The notes below the pieces were generated by a model. That model saw only the letters and a list, made by a program, of their open reading frames with translations, was not told the origin of the DNA and did no database searches. From IMG/VR virus record IMGVR_UViG_2788500220_000013, positions 1-64,000 of that record: 64,000 bases of DNA; one strand, given 5' to 3'. The position numbers and the translations under genes were made by a program. The stretch comes from a virus (Duplodnaviria; Caudoviricetes). Positions within the stretch are counted from its first letter, which is position 1. Each line of letters begins with the position of its first letter. Shown here piece by piece: positions 27,734 through 38,500 of this stretch.

Positions 27734-30700
27734 TTAGCGTGTATCGGCCGTAACATTCGACATACTGGTTGCGCTGCCCCTATCTGTTGAAGCTATAGCG
27801 TTGCGATCGGCAACGTTTAACCTTGTTACCCTAAACGCAGGATCCTGTTGCGTAGCAAGGCCTGTAGATATATCTTTCGCGTCCATGGTAAGATTTAATA
27901 CAACGTTGACATTAATGGGAGAATGACGTATACGTACTGTTTGTTCATCTAATCTTAGATTCCTTCCGAATCTATCAAGGTTTGCAGACAAACGTACCGG
28001 TGACGTATTTTGCAGGCTTTCAGAAATTACATTATAATCAGTAATCATTTGTGTAATAGCCCTGATCGTTGTGCCACTTACCCTTGTATCTAGACTATCT
28101 TTTGCAGTCTCGATAAATTCTGCGTACTTTTCAGTAAAACTAGCTAGCCTTGATACTGCTGAGCGACTACGGCCCATACCTCTACTGTGTTGTGCAATTC
28201 CGGAGGTGGCTATTACTTCAATTAGCTTTGGTATTGTATTAGGGTTTGATCCTGATGCAGGTGAAAATACCTGAATCATTGTGCCTACAAGGCTTCTAAT
28301 AACTGCAGCTGATGAAGAATCTGTTTCACCCTTCAGGCCTTTTAGTTTTTCTAATGTATCACCAAACTTAACGACGGCTTCCATCGCCATTCCAACAATC
28401 TTCATTTTGTATATAACGCGGCGGGGATTCTGGATGGATTCTGCAGCCTCTGTAACTGAGCTTATTAAACGAGGCAAATGACTACGCACTGCCCAAACGA
28501 TATCAGATATTGTTGATGTCATTGTAGATATGCGCCTGGAAAAACTAGCATCAGGCATTTCATCTTCTGATGGCATTAAACCGTATAGTTTCTTTATTGT
28601 GGTACCAAACTTGACAACCATATCCATTGCCATACCGACAATCTTCATCTTAGGCTCCATTGCTGCCGGATCGGTTATAGATTCAGCAGCTTGTACTACC
28701 GCGGTGACTAAGCTTCTCATATTAGTTCTCATTGCACTTGAAACTACACTCATAACTGTAGAGAATCGACTCATCATCTCAGAGATTGGGGGTGGATCAT
28801 CTAAGAATCCTGTCTCACCGGCCATATCCTGCGCAATCTTAAACATTGTCTTCATGGTCTTACCAACCTTTGAAACAACTTCGATAGCCATGCCGACAAT
28901 CTTCATCTTAGGCTCCATTTCAGCAGGATTTGTAATTGAATCGGCCGCTGCTTTAACATGGCGTACCATCTCTGGAATATATGATGATACGGCGCGCATA
29001 ATTGTACGAATAAAGTCGGCCATGGCCCTTATAACCTCTGGTGCATTTCCGGAAGCCGTTGTCGTTGAACTTGAAGAAGAAGAAAAGATTCCTGAGGATG
29101 ATCTTTTTGTTACTTTCTTAATTGCATCAAAAAATGAATCTGGAGGCATCATAGATTGAACCATAGTTCCAATAGCACCCATCAATTTTCCTACTGATGC
29201 AGCTTTGGCCATATCATCTTCTGAGAAGTCTTTGACTATTTCAATAATTGATGTAATAAGTGTACTAACACCGGATATTAAACCGTTTATCATTCCGGAT
29301 GCTGCATCAATTACAGCACCAGCTGCGCTAGCATCACTAAACTTAGATACATCAACATTGACTAGCTGTACAGCAACGTTGGCTAGCGTTCCTATGATTT
29401 CAAATGCTGCACCTAAAGCTTCCATCTTCGAAGATAGACTAGCTGGATCATTTATCTCTATTGCTGATAACGCACCAACTGCTGGGGCAAACTCGCCGGC
29501 TATCTTATCACCGAAATCCCCGATCTTATTAAATCCTTTCATAAGGATTTTGCCGATAAACGGAAGTGTAAATGGTAATAACGCAATTGATAAAAGTGCT
29601 GCCTTACCAATCACACCAAAAAATTCACCTAATACTTTCGTCTGCTCTGATAGGGCGGGGGTTAAAACACCTCTGGTTGCAGAACTAAACTCTCCAAGCT
29701 TTGTTAAAAACCCACCTTCTTTTGTTAGAGCACCCACAAATGCAACAACACCTGGAATCATTTTTGAACCGATGTATCCGCCAACCCCCGCTAAAACAGC
29801 AGCTAGGCCGGCTATACCGACATTTGCAAATATACTCCCAAGATAGGCAAACATTTTATTTGTTTTCCCCCATTTTACAGACTTGCCGGCATCATATACA
29901 GCTTTTATCTTACCTATAGTGTCTGGTAGGCCTAACAACATGGGTGCCATCAAGACTAGCCCTAGGACACCGATCAATGCGCCGGCTCCGCCGACAATTG
30001 CTGCTAAGCCGGCTGAACCAAGATCATAAAATAAATCTCCCATGGATCCAAAAACTTTCGCAGTCTTCTTCCAGTCAATATTCATCCCTTGAATCATTCC
30101 TACAACATTGTTTAGAAACTCTAATACGGGAGGAAGAGCTAATAAGAAATATACCATAAGGCCGAGGCCAACTGCACCAACTATAGCTGATAAGCCTCCG
30201 AGTGCGGCCGCGGACGCAGCTATGGCTAATGACCCAAACATTGAAGCTACCCGGACAAATGTTTTTGCAGTCTTCTTCCAGTCAATATTCATTGAAGATA
30301 GTTGGGTGCCGACAGCGCCGATTGCATCAACAATACTTGGCATTGCAGCAAGAAAAAGTGCACCGGCAACTACACCCGCAATTGCAATTGGAAATTGGGG
30401 AAGCATTAACCCTATTAATGTTACTGCACCGACCAGCGCTGCCAATGCTATAGCACCGATAGCAACAGCACCAAGGCCCATTGCAACTGCTTTAGGATCT
30501 GATATTTGTTTTGCTTGTTCGCCTACGGCAATTAATGCATGAATAAAGCCTCGCGCAGCAGCATATAGTAAGACTGGTGCCAATAAAATACCAGCTGTGG
30601 CTAATAGCATAGCTGGGCCGGTTGCACCCAAGGCAGCGCCGACCGCAATAAGGCCGAGTAACGCTAGAGCAGCCATGCCTAACGCGGCCATACCCCAGAC

Positions 30701-33385
30701 AACCTTTATTGGATCCAGCATTGCCATTGATGCAGAAACAGCCAATAATGCTAGGGCAAAGGCGACCCCACCGACTGTCAACAATGCGGCGCCGGCTAGC
30801 ATACCAACTAATGAAGCAACCATTAGCTCTTTAGTTGCACCAAGACCAGCGGTAACCGCAATCATCAATGCTAAAGCACCAGATGCCATGGCTAACCCTA
30901 AGAAACCCATTACTAATTGCATAGGTGGAACTAATGATATTATTTTTGCAACTGCGACCATTGCCAATGAGAATAATATCATTGATGTTCCCATTACTAC
31001 AGCTAATGCTGCCATAGCAAGGCCGGCTTTTATAATTGTGCCTGGTTTTAGATTGGCAATACGTTCAAAAAATCCCTTAATACCTTCTGCCAAAGCGCCG
31101 AAGCCGCTCTTTAAAGCTTTTCCCAAACTGCCTGCCTGTGTTCCGCTTCCTACCTGTGATGCAGCCGATGATGTTGCAGATCCAAAAAACCCAGCAATTA
31201 CACTGCCAACTTTTGCAGCAACAGCGCCTTTAACAGCTGAAAGTGTTGCAACTAACAACATCTTTCCTATTACAACACTAGCATATGCTGCACCGATTTT
31301 AACAATTGGGCCTTTGTACTTTGTCCAGATCGTCATTAAAAGATTCTTAACAGCATCGACTAAAACTGGAACTGCTTCCTGAATTGCTGCCCATGAAGCT
31401 ATGAACGCGTTCTTTAGGGCTTCCCCCATAGATCCCATAGCTGGAGATCCAGGGTTTGCTATAAAATCTGCTATCTTATTAATGACACTTGTTAAACCCT
31501 GAATTACCATTGGAATAGCTGCCATGAACATAATAGCTAATGTTCCAAAAAATTTCTTTGCACCATCTAAGAACATAGAGCCGGCGCCACCATTGGATGC
31601 AAAGAAATCAGAAAAATTTTGTTTTAATCCGTCCAGCAACGTCCCTATGCCTGCCTGGGGATCTGTCTTTAGTCTATCACAAAAATCCCTAAATGTCCGT
31701 ATTACACCTTGCATTAGGTCATGGAACTTTACGGGATCAAACATGTCCCGCAAAGCTTTCACCATATCTATTACACCCGGAAACCTTGTTATAAACAAGT
31801 TCCCTAATGCCATGGCACCGTGAAAAACTACTCTCAGAGAAGCGCGCAGATTCTGGAGCAGCTCCCTAAATTCTTTTGTATACATGACCCCACGCATGAA
31901 GCCTTTTATTAACGCATCAAAGAATCCTGTAAATTGATGACCCAATTCTACTGCACGTTCAATAGACTTTGACAATGTCTTCATTGCCTCAGCTTGGCTC
32001 ATGGGGCCTTTCTCAGCTTTCTTACTTTCTTTTAAGACATCATCATACCCCAGATTCTGGTTTGATAATGCCAACTTCGTTGCATTTTCATCAAGGCCCA
32101 TCTGGCTAGATAATAACTTAAGTTCTTGCCGGCTAAGATCCTCAACACTTTTCCCTGTCTGGAAAAATGCATTACGTAACATTTCCATACGCTTCGCCGG
32201 ATCTTGTTCTTGCATCATCTTCATAGCATCAACATTCATGCCAAATGCCTGTGACAACATTGATGCAGACTTTGCAGCATCCTCAAAGTTGTCAAACTTA
32301 TCGATTAACCCAGTTAACGCCTTGACTTCAATCCCTAGCTTGTGTGCATAAACTGAAACTTGTGCTAGTTGTTTGGGAGCCATTTGGCCGAAGTGACCAA
32401 CATCGGCAGCCATTTGTGCCATGTCTTGTGCAATTTCTTTGCCTGCTATACCGAAAGCGTCACCCATTTGTAGGGAGTAATTTGATACTTCTTGTAATGT
32501 CTCTTTTAATGACCTACCGGTTGTCCTCGCAAGATTAGCAAGGGCACCAGTCTGTTCTCCAGATATCCCTAATCCCTTAGTAAATGCAACAAACTCTGGA
32601 CCCATTGCAGCAATTTCACTTTTAAAATGATGAAATGCAGGACCCATTCCATGAGCTTGCTCACCAAGATAAGCTAAAGCCTTTGCTGCTCCCTCTGGGC
32701 CGAACCCAAACATTTTGGACATTGATAGGCCAGTACCTGCAACATTGCCAGCCTCAGACTTAAGTGATTTGAAACTACCAATTACAGCCTTACCGGGACC
32801 ACTAGACAGATCTCCGAATTGCTTTCTTACATTTTCATACTCTTGACGTAAAGCTAGTCCAGCCTGAGCTGCATCATTGGCCATTTGAGTCAGGCCACCA
32901 AGTAATCTAAATGGTGCCTTTATAATTGCAGTACCGACACCGGCAATGCCACTAGTTAGGCTACCTATAAATTTAAGTGTAGATCTAATTTGGGCGCCGG
33001 CGCCACGGAATGCATCAACAAGTCCGACGCCTAGTCCGACTGCACCAACCCGGGCGGGTGTAAAAGCTTTTGTTAGCTTTTGTAATGCGGTTTGGCTTTG
33101 CTGTATTTTCTTATTAGATTTTGTTGTAGAATCGCCAAGCGATGTTTGGGCAGTTGCCATATCAGACGCTGCATCGGCCGCGGCTGCCATGCCCTTACGA
33201 ATACCCTCAATGCGCTCTTCCATGCCATCAAGATCTTGACAGTCGAGTGCTGAACAAAGTTCTTTGGCTAGCTTAGCTTGCCCAGTAACATATGCTTCCT
33301 GCTGCTTTAGCATAGAGGAACGCTTAGCAAGAACTGAATTAATTTCTTGTTGTATTTTTAACTGTGCGCCAAGATCATCAGCCAT
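27734..33385 (-). CDS. Tail tape measure protein
   Basis: 1883 aa, Ala/Gly-rich and helical, with hydrophobic stretches and internal repeats. Downstream of tube and chaperone genes. Confidence 0.85.
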   Translation of the reverse strand: MADDLGAQLKIQQEINSVLAKRSSMLKQQEAYVTGQAKLAKELCSALDCQDLDGMEERIEGIRKGMAAAADAASDMATAQTSLGDSTTKSNKKIQQSQTALQKLTKAFTPARVGAVGLGVGLVDAFRGAGAQIRSTLKFIGSLTSGIAGVGTAIIKAPFRLLGGLTQMANDAAQAGLALRQEYENVRKQFGDLSSGPGKAVIGSFKSLKSEAGNVAGTGLSMSKMFGFGPEGAAKALAYLGEQAHGMGPAFHHFKSEIAAMGPEFVAFTKGLGISGEQTGALANLARTTGRSLKETLQEVSNYSLQMGDAFGIAGKEIAQDMAQMAADVGHFGQMAPKQLAQVSVYAHKLGIEVKALTGLIDKFDNFEDAAKSASMLSQAFGMNVDAMKMMQEQDPAKRMEMLRNAFFQTGKSVEDLSRQELKLLSSQMGLDENATKLALSNQNLGYDDVLKESKKAEKGPMSQAEAMKTLSKSIERAVELGHQFTGFFDALIKGFMRGVMYTKEFRELLQNLRASLRVVFHGAMALGNLFITRFPGVIDMVKALRDMFDPVKFHDLMQGVIRTFRDFCDRLKTDPQAGIGTLLDGLKQNFSDFFASNGGAGSMFLDGAKKFFGTLAIMFMAAIPMVIQGLTSVINKIADFIANPGSPAMGSMGEALKNAFIASWAAIQEAVPVLVDAVKNLLMTIWTKYKGPIVKIGAAYASVVIGKMLLVATLSAVKGAVAAKVGSVIAGFFGSATSSAASQVGSGTQAGSLGKALKSGFGALAEGIKGFFERIANLKPGTIIKAGLAMAALAVVMGTSMILFSLAMVAVAKIISLVPPMQLVMGFLGLAMASGALALMIAVTAGLGATKELMVASLVGMLAGAALLTVGGVAFALALLAVSASMAMLDPIKVVWGMAALGMAALALLGLIAVGAALGATGPAMLLATAGILLAPVLLYAAARGFIHALIAVGEQAKQISDPKAVAMGLGAVAIGAIALAALVGAVTLIGLMLPQFPIAIAGVVAGALFLAAMPSIVDAIGAVGTQLSSMNIDWKKTAKTFVRVASMFGSLAIAASAAALGGLSAIVGAVGLGLMVYFLLALPPVLEFLNNVVGMIQGMNIDWKKTAKVFGSMGDLFYDLGSAGLAAIVGGAGALIGVLGLVLMAPMLLGLPDTIGKIKAVYDAGKSVKWGKTNKMFAYLGSIFANVGIAGLAAVLAGVGGYIGSKMIPGVVAFVGALTKEGGFLTKLGEFSSATRGVLTPALSEQTKVLGEFFGVIGKAALLSIALLPFTLPFIGKILMKGFNKIGDFGDKIAGEFAPAVGALSAIEINDPASLSSKMEALGAAFEIIGTLANVAVQLVNVDVSKFSDASAAGAVIDAASGMINGLISGVSTLITSIIEIVKDFSEDDMAKAASVGKLMGAIGTMVQSMMPPDSFFDAIKKVTKRSSSGIFSSSSSSTTTASGNAPEVIRAMADFIRTIMRAVSSYIPEMVRHVKAAADSITNPAEMEPKMKIVGMAIEVVSKVGKTMKTMFKIAQDMAGETGFLDDPPPISEMMSRFSTVMSVVSSAMRTNMRSLVTAVVQAAESITDPAAMEPKMKIVGMAMDMVVKFGTTIKKLYGLMPSEDEMPDASFSRRISTMTSTISDIVWAVRSHLPRLISSVTEAAESIQNPRRVIYKMKIVGMAMEAVVKFGDTLEKLKGLKGETDSSSAAVIRSLVGTMIQVFSPASGSNPNTIPKLIEVIATSGIAQHSRGMGRSRSAVSRLASFTEKYAEFIETAKDSLDTRVSGTTIRAITQMITDYNVISESLQNTSPVRLSANLDRFGRNLRLDEQTVRIRHSPINVNVVLNLTMDAKDISTGLATQQDPAFRVTRLNVADRNAIASTDRGSATSMSNVTADTR

Positions 33386-33455
33386 TTAAGCAAACCTCAC
33401 CTGTAATAACCTTATATGAGTATATAGGCTAGTAGTAAAATTTCTAGACTGTTCT

Positions 33456-33710
33456 TTATAGCAACCAGGGTGTACCTACTACTTCTAGAAATTGCCTAGA
33501 GGCAACCCTCTTTTTATCTAGTAGCTCAACGACCCTTTCCATACTAGCGGTTGAACTAGTTAATTCTTCGTATAGATTTTTAGATGTTGTAATTACATTT
33601 TGGCAGGTTTTTATTTTTTCCGGACTACCACTTAAACGTACATTGGTCTCTTTGCCCAATATATACGCTGCAGCTGCTGCCTGAAACCGTTTCATATTAT
33701 TTGTGGCCAT
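33456..33710 (-). CDS. Hypothetical protein
   Basis: 84-aa ORF with GGGAG RBS and late-promoter motif upstream. Confidence 0.65.
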   Translation of the reverse strand: MATNNMKRFQAAAAAYILGKETNVRLSGSPEKIKTCQNVITTSKNLYEELTSSTASMERVVELLDKKRVASRQFLEVVGTPWLL

Positions 33711-33747
33711 AATTAACTCCCTTAATACTTTATTAACTATGGCGGTC

Positions 33748-33960
33748 CTAAGTGAAACGCCTTAATCTAGATGGTACTTGTGCACGCTGCCTACCCATCA
33801 GTGACCTAGCATCAGGAGAATTTGCATGTGCTGCCCTAGATGCGCCCTGATTACTTTCATTGGCGCGTTTAATTTCCTTATTAATTCTATCTAAAAACCA
33901 TAGTCTTTCCCAAATAGGAAGCATATATGCCTCTGAATAGGTAAAACCCATGTAATACAT
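33748..33960 (-). CDS. Tail assembly chaperone C-terminal ORF (gpT-like), probably reached by frameshift
   Basis: GFTYSEAYMLPIWERLWFL pattern. The frame stays open upstream to the T7 run at 34012-34018, and the ATG has no correctly spaced RBS. Confidence 0.7.
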   Translation of the reverse strand: MYYMGFTYSEAYMLPIWERLWFLDRINKEIKRANESNQGASRAAHANSPDARSLMGRQRAQVPSRLRRFT

Positions 33961-33994
33961 TAATAAGAAAATTTGTTCTAAGTATACTTCCTTA

Positions 33995-34843
33995 TCACTC
34001 GGCGTCAGGCCAAAAAAACGAAGCGCCCATCGGTAGGCGCACCTCCGATGTCTCCAAGCAGTGGGGACAGTCCATCCAGGATTTCATCTCAATCCCTGGC
34101 TCGCTTTTGTCTATATGGCGGCGGAGGGCTAACGAATCCCTTGCCGGCATATTCCGAATGAATGTATCAATCTTACCTTTGTCAGTAACATTATCAATAG
34201 CAGTGATGGCATGCTTAAGGCGAGTTGTAACCAGGTTCTCACCAGAAAGACCAGATTTCTTTTTTCTTTCTTCCATTACCATGATGTTTGTTTCTGCATG
34301 ACCATCTAGAAAACTAAACCTTACAACCTTCTTTGTAATAGGTAGCGTAAACTCAAATGCGTTTGACCCATCAGCGATGGGATTTGTTTCAAGTCGCTTA
34401 ATTGGTAACTCTGCAAGATTAAATGCCTGCTTGGACCTGGTACTACATGCAGGGCAATCTACTTCAACATTATAATCCGTACCATAACCGGTGATTCGCA
34501 GTGCTGTCATTACTGCATTTCTATCACCAGCTAGCATATCGTCAGGATTAATATCTTTATTGACCATACATGATTTAAGCAAGTGTGAAATAACAGTACC
34601 CTTTTTAATAAGGGCTTTAGAAGTTAAAATATCTTCTTCTCGGGCTGTCATAGCCCTAATTTCGATCGTTTCTTTACCATATAGTGGACTATCAACAGGA
34701 TAACATACACCACGTGATGGAAGGGGCACAGCCTCAACAGGAATCTCAAACCCGAAATCGTCTTTCATTACATTACGAGTCGGCATACCCTGTGCTTGCG
34801 CAGCCTTAAATATTTCATTTTCAGTTCTGGTTTTATCAGACAC
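33995..34843 (-). CDS. Baseplate hub/tail assembly chaperone (T4 gp26-like)
   Basis: LPSRG..YP, IRAMTAREEDIL, two CxxC motifs (CPAC, CPHC) and C-terminal FFWP. Lies between tube and tape measure. Confidence 0.78.
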   Translation of the reverse strand: MSDKTRTENEIFKAAQAQGMPTRNVMKDDFGFEIPVEAVPLPSRGVCYPVDSPLYGKETIEIRAMTAREEDILTSKALIKKGTVISHLLKSCMVNKDINPDDMLAGDRNAVMTALRITGYGTDYNVEVDCPACSTRSKQAFNLAELPIKRLETNPIADGSNAFEFTLPITKKVVRFSFLDGHAETNIMVMEERKKKSGLSGENLVTTRLKHAITAIDNVTDKGKIDTFIRNMPARDSLALRRHIDKSEPGIEMKSWMDCPHCLETSEVRLPMGASFFWPDAE

Positions 34844-34931
34844 AGTTTCTCTCCGTTCAATTATTATTGTGCCCTATCGCACGTGCAAATTAAATATCAC
34901 CATTCTAAGATTTCTTGTAAACTATTAGGAT

Positions 34932-34965
34932 AAAAAAAAAGAAAGCTCCGGAAAGGAGCTTTCTT
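34932..34965 (-). terminator. Rho-independent terminator after the tail tube gene
   Basis: Stem aagaaagctcc/ggagctttctt followed by a T-run on the minus strand. Confidence 0.85.
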
Positions 34966-34988
34966 ATAAACCGAGATTAAATTTTGAT

Positions 34989-35477
34989 TTAGTACTGTAG
35001 TACTGCGTTGTCGAATCGAACAGTTAATGAAATCTCTGTAGGATCTTCTGCACCATAATCCAGGTCACCAAATGCTGCTGAAGTTAGGAAACAACCTTTA
35101 AGGTCCCATAATTCAACAACTGTGCCGACAGGATCAAGCAGCTTAAGCTGACAATCGCGCTTATAAAAATCTGCATAACCAGAGCGGCCTGATACGGATT
35201 CAAAGTGGGTGCGAATCCACTCCATTACTTGCTGTGAACCAGATGGTGCAATTGGATCATGTAGTGTTAAACTAATTGCATCAAACTTTGTTTTACCTGC
35301 AAGGTAACGAGTAGAGTTCATATAAGGAACTTCTTGTTCCGCTGTATTAATAGTTGGTCTAGCAGCAGTCTTCATTAAGAATGCGTCTATTCCCTCGATA
35401 GCAAATACCCACCTAAACTTACGCTTGGGTTCAAACTTGTTAGGTAGCATATCGGTAACTGATAGTGTCTCGGCCAT
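34989..35477 (-). CDS. Tail tube protein (T4 gp19-like)
   Basis: FEPKRKFRW, YLAGKTKF, LLDPVG.VVE.W.L.G.F and FGDLDY...ISLTVRFD. Directly follows the sheath genes. Confidence 0.9.
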   Translation of the reverse strand: MAETLSVTDMLPNKFEPKRKFRWVFAIEGIDAFLMKTAARPTINTAEQEVPYMNSTRYLAGKTKFDAISLTLHDPIAPSGSQQVMEWIRTHFESVSGRSGYADFYKRDCQLKLLDPVGTVVELWDLKGCFLTSAAFGDLDYGAEDPTEISLTVRFDNAVLQY

Positions 35478-35532
35478 TTCTAAAATCTCCTATGATTTCG
35501 TTTCGTATTATAAATATTCATCTCTACCGAAT

Positions 35533-38500
35533 TTATACTTCAAATTGTCCTGCATTCTTGACAACAAAGTCAAGTGCGATGAACTCAACAGTCCTCGTCG
35601 GTTGTAAGAAGATCTTACCGCGAACCGTATTATTTTCAACATCCGCTTGAGTAGTTGTTGTGGTATCAATGATTACCTTAAACTTATCCAAGCCTTGCTG
35701 GGCCTGAATTCTTGCCAATATTGGATTTACAGCAGCAGAGAATCTCGCCAATGTAGCTTCACGATTCGGTTCGAATAAAATTCTATTACCGACAGCGCGA
35801 ACTCGCCGGCGGACTTCAATAAGCAACCGACGAACATTAACTCTGTCAAGAGAACTCTTTGCCTTCTGTAACGTTTTCTGGCCCCATACCACAACACCTG
35901 GAGTGTGTGGGAAGGCCGCTAGAGGATTAATATCTGCCTCGTATAGTGTATCAAGGTTTGCTCGACTTAGCTTCACCTGGGCCTCTATGACTGTGTCTAG
36001 GGCACCGCGGGTAAACCCTGCCGGGGCATACCATGGATGAGCAACAGAATCGTTAAGTGCAAAGGCACCTAATACTGCAACTGACGGTGGGCAAACTACT
36101 GCTGAGCCTAAGGCTGGATCGTTTACTACAACATCTGGATAATATACTGCTGCGAATGAAGAGTCAAGATTTCTGCCTAGTAATCTATCAGTCGTATTTG
36201 TAACACTTGGGTTTGTGTTAGTTGAATCAACAATTAGATTATTTTCAGAATCCATTTCTTCTGCATCTGCAATTAGCATTGCGTCGAATCGATTCTCAAC
36301 AACATCAATTGCATAATCTACAATACTTGGATCTCTAAGGCCTGGAATTGCTAACAACTTGATATCTACGTCAGCGGTTTCCTGCATTACATCCAATGCT
36401 TTTCGATATGCAGCAACTGTTGGGCCCTTAGTAGCCCCTTGCTGAGTTGAATCAATCATTTCTCTTACAGCTGCAAGGTTTGACAATTTGCCTTTTTCTC
36501 TATCAAGAATATTGACACCATCAAATCCACCTTGTAGGAAGAAACTGAATTTCATGTATTTCTTCATCGGTAGTGATGTAAAGTCGTCCTGGAAATTTAG
36601 GCGACCTAAGAATCTGGATGTTGTACCACCCTGAGCAAGCGTACCATCTCTACGATATTCTGCCGCGGCCCATTGTTTATTGTCAACATCGCCATCTGAT
36701 TCAAGTAATACTTCAACGTTCTCTAGGGAGAATGCATTATTATTAAATCTATCAGAGTCAAGTACTGTTGTTAACCACTCAGCCCCTAAAGCATCATCAG
36801 GAGTACCAGCATTATCACCAGCGACAACATCTAGATTTACTTCTTGAAAATCTGGAAAGTACTTACCGAATGAAAGAAGAGATTTATCAAATTTGTTATT
36901 CTTATTTTGTTGTAGAACATCATCATTGACCTGGAATTGCACACCCCAACAAAGTGCAGAATTAACTTTTTCCTTAGGTGAAACACCTGTTTTAATATTA
37001 TTTCTCATTGGAATGGGGAGCTGTACGACCTCATTCCAGATTGTAGGCTGTAATATCGATGCTAACGGAGGGCTAATTAATGGTCCATCCCCTACCTCAT
37101 TTGAAGATGTTGCAGCACCAGAAGCCCCAAGTTCTCCGGAAGTGATTAAGTGATCATGGCCTCTAAACCCTACTGGCAGTGCCGTAGCATCAATCGTTCC
37201 ATTATCAACCGTACTATCCATTTCTACCCTAATATATGTAGAGCGGCTTGGGTGCACACCTTCAATTACTAGCTTTTGAGCGCCCTGAGGTTTATCAAAA
37301 TCATAATATGCATACATATCACCAATTACCCTGGCAATGTATCTTTCAGATGATGGATTTAGATCAAGCTTAGCAAACTTCTCAAAAACAACTGGGTCAT
37401 TATCATTATCAGTCATACTCCTGACCAGTACATCAAATGTCCCATACTTAGTTGCTTCAGAATTTGAGGCCTGAACATTATCAATCGTAATCTTAAATTT
37501 GCCAGAACCGGCTGTGCCATCGTCTAATGCGTGTACCTTGAAGAGATTCTTTGGCTTGCCACCGAACATCTGGGATGTAACCCAAGGTGAACGTGCTGTT
37601 CTATATCTATCTTCAAAGTTTTCGTAGTTAGGAACACCTTGGTTCCCTCGGTTATGATCTGCTGAACCTGTTAACAAGAATGCAGCAACCTCTCCGAGGT
37701 TCGGAACCCCTGTACCAGGATCAACACCATGGCCATTATCAACATTTAAGACCTGGCTTCCTGTGACGACTGCATGGGAGGGATGGATATCATAATGTGC
37801 GTATAGATAATGTCCTGCATGTTCTATACAACCAGCATCTTGGTTTAAGATGTTTGGAAAGTAATCTGGGCGTTGCGGGTTTAAAGATGCCGTAATAATA
37901 TTTGGATTATCGGGTGTGTTTGTATGACCGTTTAAGATCATAACGAATTGATCTGCATCGCCTGTTAGGTCAACTGTTCCTAAGTGGTAGCCACCGTCGA
38001 GGGCTGCCCCGAATTCGCCAGTTGCGCCTGCTGCTGGAGCATTATTTGCGCCGGCGACTTCCGAACACGAAAGTGCAAGAACAACACCGGAAGGTGCCAT
38101 TATTACACCTCGGACGATTGGAACTGTAGAGGAGTCTCCTCCTGAAAATCCTGTGAGTGTAATGCCTGGATTTGAGGGTGTATTGACCATGCTAACATTA
38201 CCTGATGCACCTTCAATTGCTTGCTCCAGACTTAGGCTACCTACGCCACCCCCTGGGGAAGTGTCAGTAACAATAATCTTATCACCTGGTGTTCCGGCAT
38301 TGTGGCCGTTTGCGGAGTCTATTGCTATTTTCAATTCCGCAGCAATGGCAGGTTGAAGTCCTGTAGCGTCAACGTATATTTTGGTCGTCATCGCCTCAAC
38401 AAACGTGTCACCAGAGCTAAGTGCGGGCCCCCCCCAGTGTGAACCGTCATCATTGCAGAACTTGTATATCTTCTCCGTACCCTCTGCGTCTGTTATTACT

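Noticed and set aside
28071-33239. Long plus-strand ORFs (up to 261 aa) opposite the tape measure, and similar ones opposite the scaffold, sheath and SSB genes
   Set aside because: They are antisense shadows of biased codon usage in real minus-strand genes, with no recognisable motifs and complete overlap.
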